Shown one piece after another: positions 12,701-24,700 of a stretch of DNA of 64,000 nt (positions within the stretch are counted from its first letter, which is position 1; each line of letters begins with the position of its first letter). Source of the DNA: Dimorphilus gyrociliatus. Lineage: Eukaryota; Animalia; Annelida. Under the pieces are notes generated by a model. That model was not told the origin of the DNA. It ran no database searches and saw only the letters and a list, made by a program, of their open reading frames with translations. Made by a program: the position numbers and the translations under genes. The DNA is taken from contig CAJFCJ010000002.1 of the NCBI GenBank assembly GCA_904063045.1, positions 496,001 through 560,000 on the forward strand, written 5' to 3'.

Positions 12701-15700
12701 TGAAATAACAACTTCCTCTAACAATGGCCATGTGAAAATAAAAAGTACTATTGATCCTGATGGTGGAAGTCCACCTTCTTTCTATACATTGCAGGTAGGG
12801 GGACAGAAGATGATATTTTCTATTTGCTAAAATCTCATACATACAAAATGTACATTTTTATTTATAAAGGTTAAAGTGACTGATGGGTCATCTACACCAG
12901 CAGCACTCACTTCTACAGCCACCATTCAGATTTCAATATTGGATATAAATGATAATAATCCATCATTCTCTCCAGCTCCAGCACCATACAATGTATTAAA
13001 AATCCTATTACAATTATTGCTTTGCAAATTTTCTAATCAAATATTCTAAATAGTTGCCAGAAAATACTCCAGCAGGAACAACAATAATAACCCTTGTGGC
13101 CACTGATGATGACTTTAATAGTGAACTAACATTTTCAGAAGGAAGTATGTCATTTCTTATTTTATTGTAATTTGATTTGAAAATAAGAAATTTGTATTTA
13201 TTCTTTTCAGCTGGTGATACAAATGATAACTTTGCCATTCAAAGTGATGGAAAGATTGTTCTCCTCAAACAAATTGACTATGATACAATGGGAGTTAGCA
13301 AAATAATTAACCTCCAAGCAATTGTTAGTGATGGCTCAAATACAGCAACTGCTACTGCTCAGATTACAGTTACTGATGTGTCTGATTTAACACCAAGCTG
13401 CAACCCAGCTGCTGTATCCGCAAACATCAGTGAGACAGCATCTGTCAATGATGCAGTTGTTCAATTGTCCTGCTCTGATGATGGCAGTTTAACATATTCT
13501 ATTGCTAGTGGAAATACAAACACAGCATTCAAGTTTGTAAGTAATGAAATTCAAGTAAATGATATTGGAGCTGGTTCTACAGGTAATTTTCAATTATATT
13601 CTCAAATATAAAAACAAGGCTAATCAATGGGAAAATTTTCAGCCTTAGACTATGATGCTGGAGTGAAAGTGTACAATTTGATTGTTGATGTTTCTGATGG
13701 AACTAATACAATCAATGTACCAGTAACAATATCAATAAATCCAGTTGATGAAGGAGCACCAACTTTCACTAATACAGCAGTGAATGTCAATGAAAATGAG
13801 GTGGTTGGCTTTAGTGTTGCAACTTTTGCAGCATCTGATGTTGATGCAAGTCCACACAATGTTCAAAAGTACTCAATTACCTCAGGTTTTTGTTCAATTT
13901 TTTTTATCTCATATATATTACTGATGTATATAAATAGTAATAAGTAACTGATATATCTATCATGACTTTATTTTATTTAAAATTCTATTCCAACAGGAAA
14001 TAGCGAAGGAAAGTTTGTTATAAATCCATCTACTGGAGAAGTGTCTTTAAAAGACACTTTAGATTATGAGACAACCACCACATATGCTTTGACTATACAA
14101 GCAGATGATGGCACTGCAACTGGAAGTGGTATCTTGACAGTCAATGTTCAAGATATAAATGATAACACTCCTAGCTGTCCAAAATCTTTATACATTCCTA
14201 CTGCAGTAAATGAAAATGAAGCAAGTGACACTTTGGTTTTGAATTTAACAGAATGTAGTGATCCTGATACTTCATCAAATTTTGGATCAATTACTATGTC
14301 TATAACTGGAGATAATGGTCGATTTGCTGTATCCAACATGTTAATTAAAACTACTTCAACACCACTTGATTATGAAAGTGCAACAACTTATACTTTGATT
14401 ATAACATTGACCGATAATGGAGGTGTCAGTCCATCAAATACTGGAACTGTTACAGCTATAGTCAATGTAATTAGAAATAATGCAATATGTTCTTTTGGAA
14501 ATGTATTTATTTTTTTCTAAATTTCTTTTAAGGTTGCCCAATGAATGATAATACTCCTGCATGGAGCTCAACCCTACTGGATCAACTATTTCAGAGAGTA
14601 CAACAATTGGAACAACATTGTTAACATTGGCTGCCACTGATGCTGATCAGGGGTCCATTGGTGATAGCTCAATTACATATTCAATTGTCAGTGCTGAGGA
14701 TCAAGGTAAGATTAGTCATCTATGAGTTTTTTTTTTTAATTTCATCTATTTAAATTTAACAGCTGCAGTATCAACAATGAATCTATTCAAAGTTGGGCCA
14801 TCATCTGGACATCTACAACTTGTAGCCTCATTGGATAGAGATGCAGGGGTAACAGAACACCGGCTTGTTGTAAAAGCAGCAGATTCTGGTGCATCAGTCC
14901 TGAGTGTGACTGCATCCTTGACACTTACAATATCAGATTATAATGAATTCACACCAACATTTGATCATTTATTATACAATACAAAGTTGCAGAAAGTGCA
15001 GCTGTTGGAACAACTGTTTTGTCATTAACTGCTTCAGATTTGGATGCAACTTCTACTTTTGCTTTCAGGTGAGAATATTTTGTTTATCATTTGTAAGAGT
15101 TTAAGGAATATATATTTCACAACTATTTATTGTCTTAATGACAAAAGCCAGCTTTTTCCTTTTAAAAAAATGCTTATTAATCATTTTTTGTAAATATTTC
15201 TCTATATTGCAGCTATTCAAATAGTTGTAAACTTTTTTTATACCCTAAATAATAAGATTTTCTCTCTATTTATATTGTAAATATTTGCATGTCTTTAAAG
15301 ATTTTCTTTTCACTTCATCAATTAATGATGAAATGACAACAATTGTTTTTTACATCCAAAAATAGAAAGAATATTTCACTGTTTTAAAGATTTTCAAGCA
15401 AAAACTTCTAATTTATCAAAGCTTATCTTACCCATAATAAGATAGTACAACCAAACCCAATTATACTGAACCAATAGCTGTTGTATAAGAGAACAAACAT
15501 TCATAGTTGTTCACCTAAAGTGGGTGAAGTTTAGTGAAAAAGGAAGAATTGAGTTTCAGAAAGGATTCATTAAAATACGACAGGTTTACCCTAAACAGAC
15601 TTAATTGAATTTTATACTAAAATTCAACTGATTTCCAATCAAAATGCACATTTTAATTTATTATTTCTTGACTAAACATCAAAAAAAAGCAACAGCAATA

Positions 15701-18700
15701 GGTTATACCAAGGCAAATAAATGTGAACAAAAATATATGTCCAGTTAAATTTTTCTACAAATATTTATTTGCCTTATTTTAATAGTTTTGGAACTGGTAA
15801 TGAATTGGATCATTTTGAAATAACAACTTCCTCTAACAATGGCCATGTGAAAATAAAAAGTACTATTGATCCTGATGGTGGAAGTCCACCTTCTTTCTAT
15901 ACATTGCAGGTAGGGGGACAGAAGATGATATTTTCTATTTGCTAAAATCTCATACATACAAAATGTACATTTTTATTTATAAAGGTTAAAGTGACTGATG
16001 GGTCATCTACACCAGCAGCACTCACTTCTACAGCCACCATTCAGATTTCAATATTGGATATAAATGATAATAATCCATCATTCTCTCCAGCTCCAGCACC
16101 ATACAATGTATTAAAAATCCTATTACAATTATTGCTTTGCAAATTTTCTAATCAAATATTCTAAATAGTTGCCAGAAAATACTCCAGCAGGAACAACAAT
16201 AATAACCCTTGTGGCCACTGATGATGACTTTAATAGTGAACTAACATTTTCAGAAGGAAGTATGTCATTTCTTATTTTATTGTAATTTGATTTGAAAATA
16301 AGAAATTTGTATTTATTCTTTTCAGCTGGTGATACAAATGATAACTTTGCCATTCAAAGTGATGGAAAGATTGTTCTCCTCAAACAAATTGACTATGATA
16401 CAATGGGAGTTAGCAAAATAATTAACCTCCAAGCAATTGTTAGTGATGGCTCAAATACAGCAACTGCTACTGCTCAGATTACAGTTACTGATGTGTCTGA
16501 TTTAACACCAAGCTGCAACCCAGCTGCTGTATCCGCAAACATCAGTGAGACAGCATCTGTCAATGATGCAGTTGTTCAATTGTCCTGCTCTGATGATGGC
16601 AGTTTAACATATTCTATTGCTAGTGGAAATACAAACACAGCATTCAAGTTTGTAAGTAATGAAATTCAAGTAAATGATATTGGAGCTGGTTCTACAGGTA
16701 ATTTTCAATTATATTCTCAAATATAAAAACAAGGCTAATCAATGGGAAAAATTTTCAGCCTTAGACTATGATGCTGGAGTGAAAGTGTACAATTTGATTG
16801 TTGATGTTTCTGATGGAACTAATACAATCAATGTACCAGTAACAATATCAATAAATCCAGTTGATGAAGGAGCACCAACTTTCACTAATACAGCAGTGAA
16901 TGTCAATGAAAATGAGGTGGTTGGCTTTAGTGTTGCAACTTTTGCAGCATCTGATGTTGATGCAAGTCCACACAATGTTCAAAAGGTACTCAATTACCTC
17001 AGGTTTTTGTTCAATTTTTTTTATCTCATATATATTACTGATGTATATAAATAGTAATAAGTAACTGATATATCTATCATGACTTTATTTTATTTAAAAT
17101 TCTATTCCAACAGGAAATAGCGAAGGAAAGTTTGTTATAAATCCATCTACTGGAGAAGTGTCTTTAAAAGACACTTTAGATTATGAGACAACCACCACAT
17201 ATGCTTTGACTATACAAGCAGATGATGGCACTTGCAACTGGAAGTGGTATCTTGACAGTCAATGTTCAAGATATAAATGATAACACTCCTAGCTGTCCAA
17301 AATCTTTATACATTCCTACTGCAGTAAATGAAAATGAAGCAAGTGACACTTTGGTTTTGAATTTAACAGAATGTAGTGATCCTGATACTTCATCAAATTT
17401 TGGATCAATTACTATGTCTATAACTGGAGATAATGGTCGATTTGCTGTATCCAACATGTTAATTAAAACTACTTCACACCACTTGATTATGAAAGTGCAA
17501 CAACTTATACTTTGATTATAACATTGACCGATAATGGAGGTGTCAGTCCATCAAATACTGGAACTGTTACAGCTATAGTCAATGTAATTAGAAATAATGC
17601 AATATGTTCTTTTGGAAATGTATTTATTTTTTTCTAAATTTCTTTTAAGGTTGCCCCAATGAATGATAATACTCCTGCATGGAGCTCAACCCCTACTGGA
17701 TCAACTATTTCAGAGAGTACAACAATTGGAACAACATTGTTAACATTGGCTGCCACTGATGCTGATCAGGGGTCCATTGGTGATAGCTCAATTACATATT
17801 CAATTGTCAGTGCTGAGGATCAAGGTAAGATTAGTCATCTATGAGTTTTTTTTTTTAATTTCATCTATTTAAATTTAACAGCTGCAGTATCAACAATGAA
17901 TCTATTCAAAGTTGGGCCATCATCTGGACATCTACAACTTGTAGCCTCATTGGATAGAGATGCAGGGGTAACAGAACACCGGCTTGTTGTAAAAGCAGCA
18001 GATTCTGGTGCATCAGTCCTGAGTGTGACTGCATCCTTGACACTTACAATATCAGATTATAATGAATTCACACCAACATTTGATCATTTATTATACAATA
18101 CAACAGTTGCAGAAAGTGCAGCTGTTGGAACAACTGTTTTGTCATTAACTGCTTCAGATTTGGATGCAACTTCTACTTTTGCTTTCAGGTGAGAATATTT
18201 TGTTTATCATTTGTAAGAGTTTAAGGAATATATATTTCACAACTATTTATTGTCTTAATGACAAAAGCCAGCTTTTTCCTTTTAAAAAAATGCTTATTAA
18301 TCATTTTTTGTAAATATTTCTCTATATTGCAGCTATTCAAATAGTTGTAAACTTTTTTTATACCCTAAATAATAAGATTTTCTCTCTATTTATATTGTAA
18401 ATATTTGCATGTCTTTAAAGATTTTCTTTTCACTTCATCAATTAATGATGAAATGACAACAATTGTTTTTTACATCCAAAAATAGAAAGAATATTTCACT
18501 GTTTTAAAGATTTTCAAGCAAAAACTTCTAATTTATCAAAGCTTATCTTACCCATAATAAGATAGTACAACCAAACCCAATTATACTGAACCAATAGCTG
18601 TTGTATAAGAGAACAAACATTCATAGTTGTTCACCTAAAGTGGGTGAAGTTTAGTGAAAAAGGAAGAATTGAGTTTCAGAAAGGATTCATTAAAATACGA

Positions 18701-21700
18701 CAGGTTTACCCTAAACAGACTTAATTGAATTTTATACTAAAATTCAACTGATTTCCAATCAAAATGCACATTTTAATTTATTATTTCTTGACTAAACATC
18801 AAAAAAAAGCAACAGCAATAGGTTATACCAAGGCAAATAAATGTGAACAAAAATATATGTCCAGTTAAATTTTTCTACAAATATTTATTTGCCTTATTTT
18901 AATAGTTTTGGAACTGGTAATGAATTGGATCATTTTGAAATAACAACTTCCTCTAACAATGGCCATGTGAAAATAAAAAGTACTATTGATCCTGATGGTG
19001 GAAGTCCACCTTCTTTCTATACATTGCAGGTAGGGGGACAGAAGATGATATTTTCTATTTGCTAAAATCTCATACATACAAAATGTACATTTTTATTTAT
19101 AAAGGTTAAAGTGACTGATGGGTCATCTACACCAGCAGCACTCACTTCTACAGCCACCATTCAGATTTCAATATTGGATATAAATGATAATAATCCATCA
19201 TTCTCTCCAGCTCCAGCACCATACAATGTATTAAAAATCCTATTACAATTATTGCTTTGCAAATTTTCTAATCAAATATTCTAAATAGTTGCCAGAAAAT
19301 ACTCCAGCAGGAACAACAATAATAACCCTTGTGGCCACTGATGATGACTTTAATAGTGAACTAACATTTTCAGAAGGAAGTATGTCATTTCTTATTTTAT
19401 TGTAATTTGATTTGAAAATAAGAAATTTGTATTTATTCTTTTCAGCTGGTGATACAAATGATAACTTTGCCATTCAAAGTGATGGAAAGATTGTTCTCCT
19501 CAAACAAATTGACTATGATACAATGGGAGTTAGCAAAATAATTAACCTCCAAGCAATTGTTAGTGATGGCTCAAATACAGCAACTGCTACTGCTCAGATT
19601 ACAGTTACTGATGTGTCTGATTTAACACCAAGCTGCAACCCAGCTGCTGTATCCGCAAACATCAGTGAGACAGCATCTGTCAATGATGCAGTTGTTCAAT
19701 TGTCCTGCTCTGATGATGGCAGTTTAACATATTCTATTGCTAGTGGAAATACAAACACAGCATTCAAGTTTGTAAGTAATGAAATTCAAGTAAATGATAT
19801 TGGAGCTGGTTCTACAGGTAATTTTCAATTATATTCTCAAATATAAAAACAAGGCTAATCAATGGGAAAATTTTCAGCCTTAGACTATGATGCTGGAGTG
19901 AAAGTGTACAATTTGATTGTTGATGTTTCTGATGGAACTAATACAATCAATGTACCAGTAACAATATCAATAAATCCAGTTGATGAAGGAGCACCAACTT
20001 TCACTAATACAGCAGTGAATGTCAATGAAAATGAGGTGGTTGGCTTTAGTGTTGCAACTTTTGCAGCATCTGATGTTGATGCAAGTCCACACAATGTTCA
20101 AAAGTACTCAATTACCTCAGGTTTTTGTTCAATTTTTTTTATCTCATATATATTACTGATGTATATAAATAGTAATAAGTAACTGATATATCTATCATGA
20201 CTTTATTTTATTTAAAATTCTATTCCAACAGGAAATAGCGAAGGAAAGTTTGTTATAAATCCATCTACTGGAGAAGTGTCTTTAAAAGACACTTTAGATT
20301 ATGAGACAACCACCACATATGCTTTGACTATACAAGCAGATGATGGCACTGCAACTGGAAGTGGTATCTTGACAGTCAATGTTCAAGATATAAATGATAA
20401 CACTCCTAGCTGTCCAAAATCTTTATACATTCCTACTGCAGTAAATGAAAATGAAGCAAGTGACACTTTGGTTTTGAATTTAACAGAATGTAGTGATCCT
20501 GATACTTCATCAAATTTTGGATCAATTACTATGTCTATAACTGGAGATAATGGTCGATTTGCTGTATCCAACATGTTAATTAAAACTACTTCAACACCAC
20601 TTGATTATGAAAGTGCAACAACTTATACTTTGATTATAACATTGACCGATAATGGAGGTGTCAGTCCATCAAATACTGGAACTGTTACAGCTATAGTCAA
20701 TGTAATTAGAAATAATGCAATATGTTCTTTTGGAAATGTATTTATTTTTTTCTAAATTTCTTTTAAGGTTGCCCCAATGAATGATAATACTCCTGCATGG
20801 AGCTCAACCCCTACTGGATCAACTATTTCAGAGAGTACAACAATTGGAACAACATTGTTAACATTGGCTGCCACTGATGCTGATCAGGGGTCCATTGGTG
20901 ATAGCTCAATTACATATTCAATTGTCAGTGCTGAGGATCAAGGTAAGATTAGTCATCTATGAGTTTTTTTTTTTAATTTCATCTATTTAAATTTAACAGC
21001 TGCAGTATCAACAATGAATCTATTCAAAGTTGGGCCATCATCTGGACATCTACAACTTGTAGCCTCATTGGATAGAGATGCAGGGGTAACAGAACACCGG
21101 CTTGTTGTAAAAGCAGCAGATTCTGGTGCATCAGTCCTGAGTGTGACTGCATCCTTGACACTTACAATATCAGATTATAATGAATTCACACCAACATTTG
21201 ATCATTTATTATACAATACAACAGTTGCAGAAAGTGCAGCTGTTGGAACAACTGTTTTGTCATTAACTGCTTCAGATTTGGATGCAACTTCTACTTTTGC
21301 TTTCAGGTGAGAATATTTTGTTTATCATTTGTAAGAGTTTAAGGAATATATATTTCACAACTATTTATTGTCTTAATGACAAAAGCCAGCTTTTTCCTTT
21401 TAAAAAAATGCTTATTAATCATTTTTTGTAAATATTTCTCTATATTGCAGCTATTCAAATAGTTGTAAACTTTTTTTATACCCTAAATAATAAGATTTTC
21501 TCTCTATTTATATTGTAAATATTTGCATGTCTTTAAAGATTTTCTTTTCACTTCATCAATTAATGATGAAATGACAACAATTGTTTTTTACATCCAAAAA
21601 TAGAAAGAATATTTCACTGTTTTAAAGATTTTCAAGCAAAAACTTCTAATTTATCAAAGCTTATCTTACCCATAATAAGATAGTACAACCAAACCCAATT

Positions 21701-24700
21701 ATACTGAACCAATAGCTGTTGTATAAGAGAACAAACATTCATAGTTGTTCACCTAAAGTGGGTGAAGTTTAGTGAAAAAGGAAGAATTGAGTTTCAGAAA
21801 GGATTCATTAAAATACGACAGGTTTACCCTAAACAGACTTAATTGAATTTTATACTAAAATTCAACTGATTTCCAATCAAAATGCACATTTTAATTTATT
21901 ATTTCTTGACTAAACATCAAAAAAAAGCAACAGCAATAGGTTATACCAAGGCAAATAAATGTGAACAAAAATATATGTCCAGTTAAATTTTTCTACAAAT
22001 ATTTATTTGCCTTATTTTAATAGTTTTGGAACTGGTAATGAATTGGATCATTTTGAAATAACAACTTCCTCTAACAATGGCCATGTGAAAATAAAAAGTA
22101 CTATTGATCCTGATGGTGGAAGTCCACCTTCTTTCTATACATTGCAGGTAGGGGGACAGAAGATGATATTTTCTATTTGCTAAAATCTCATACATACAAA
22201 ATGTACATTTTTATTTATAAAGGTTAAAGTGACTGATGGGTCATCTACACCAGCAGCACTCACTTCTACAGCCACCATTCAGATTTCAATATTGGATATA
22301 AATGATAATAATCCTTCATTTTCACCATCAGTCTTTTCGCATTCTGTTAGTTGTTTTTTCTTTTTTTTTGAGTTTTTAAGTTTTTGTTTCAGATCCCTGA
22401 AAGTTTGAGTGTTGGTAGCACTGTTTTAACAACTGCAACTGCAACTGATGACGATTTTAATGCTAATTTGATTTATGTCAAAGGAGGTATACAGAAATTG
22501 TTTTCTTTTGTTATGATGCCAATTTGTTTTTTTTAGTTGGCGATAGTGACGGATATTTTGATGTTTTATCAAATGGTGATATACTGCTTGTGAAAAAGGT
22601 TGATTATGATACAATGGGTGTTAATAAGGTTGTTGAATTTGAATCAATTGTCAATGATGGTACTTCATCTGCTACGGGAACTGTTAAAATTACCGTTTTG
22701 AATACTCTTGATGTGATATTAAGCTGTAACCCATCATCTTACGCTTTTGCTGTCAATGAAGACGTTGCCGTCGACTCTTTAATTGCTAATATTTCATGTA
22801 CTGATGATGAACCACTTTCTTTTTCGTTCAAGTCGGGTAATATTGGTAATGCTTTCAAACTCGATTCTAATCTCTTAAAAGTTAATGATCCTGGTTCTGG
22901 CTCAGGTATTGTTTTTTGATTGGTTTGCTAGTTAATATCCTTTTTTTATAGTGTTAGATTATGACTCTTTATTGGCAATCTATGATTTAGTAATCAGTGC
23001 GACAGATGGATCAACAGTTTTTGATATCTCAATAAAAATAACATTGTTGCCAGTTAATGAATTTGCTCCTGTGTTTTTTGCAAAATCCATAAGTGTAAGT
23101 GAAGATGTTATTTTGGACTCCATTGTTGGAAATTTCACAGCTGTTGATAATGATTACAGTCCGCATAACGCATATAATTATGCAATTATTAATGGTTAAT
23201 TTTGTATTTATAGTAATTCTTTGGTTATAGACATATTTGATCTCTTTCAGGTGATATCAATCGTCAATTCATTATTAACTCTATTACTGGTGTTATCAAG
23301 GTGGCAAAAGCTCTTGATCGTGAAAGTATACCGTCATACGTATTAACTGTCTCAGCATCTGACGGTACAACGACAGCTGAAGGAAACTTAACAATTACCA
23401 TAGTGGATGCGAATGACAATTTTCCAAAGTGTAGTCAAAGCGTGTTTATACCTCCCCCATTACAAGAAAACTCTGCAAACGGAACTGTTGTTCAGTCTTT
23501 GAGTAGTTGTAGTGACTTGGATGATGGGAATTTCGGAAATTTTGAATTTATTCTGAATAATGGATTTGGAAAATTTGTAATAAATTCTAATGCAGTTACA
23601 GTCAACAATAATATTGATTATGAAACAGATATTTACAAATCATATACTCTCACAATAACTATGACAGATAATATTGCTAGCTCCCCCCAACTAAGTGAAA
23701 ATATTACAGTGATAATAAACGTAAGTTGAGTTGCCTAGAAATTGTTCAAATATTTATACAACATTTTTCGCAAGATTGAACCAATAAACGATAATTTGCC
23801 TGTTTGGGCGTCTAATTATGTTGGAGCGAGTATACAAGAAAATATTTCCATAAACGCAGTTCTCATCGATCTAGACGCTACAGATGCAGATATAGGAAAT
23901 AATGTCGATAGCAGTTTAACTTTTGCACTAATCAATTCTACAACGAATCGTAATTAGGTCTTTTAGTAAGAACCTTAATCTATTATATTTTCTTTCTTTT
24001 CAGTGGGGCAAGATTCTTCACCGCTTTTTAATATAAATCCTTTAACTGGAGAAGTATCTATTGCTCAAACTTTGGATGCTGATTTGGGAGTGACAGAACA
24101 CAGGTTATATATTAAGGTGGAGGATGCTGGAGTTGTTCCAATGAGCTTAAGTGCGACAGTAACGCTAACCTACACCATAGAGGACTTTAACGAGTATACT
24201 CCACAATTTGATAAATCCGTCTATGTTAATACCTCTATGGAGAATGAAGCTGTTGGATCCACAGTTCTCACAGTTACAGTCTCTGATCAGGACGCTACAT
24301 CCAACTTCTTTTTTGCGTCTGTTGATTTAAAATATTTATATTCGATCTAAACTCCTTTTACTTTGACAGAATAACAAGCGGAAATAGTGCTGGACACTTT
24401 GAAATAATTTCTTCAGGAAATCAGGGTTTTATTAAGATCAAAACCCTCATAGACCCTGACTCAGGGGCAACTGCCTCCTCTTATGATTTAACTGTGAGAT
24501 AGTGAGAAACAAGTTGAAAAAACCTTTACATATTCTAAAATTTTCAGATAGAGGTTACGGATGGCCATACCTTTCCAGAAGAAAAGAAAGCTACAACTCA
24601 TGCTAAAATAGATATTATTGGAATAAATGATAATCCTGTAACTTTTAGCAACCCAGCAACTTATAATGTAAGATTCGTTACATAAGAGTATCTTTCTTTA

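Noticed and set aside
12669-22314. Tandem repeat considered as a mobile element or CRISPR-like array
   Set aside because: The unit consists wholly of cadherin exons and introns, with no transposase/RT, terminal repeats or repeat-spacer structure.
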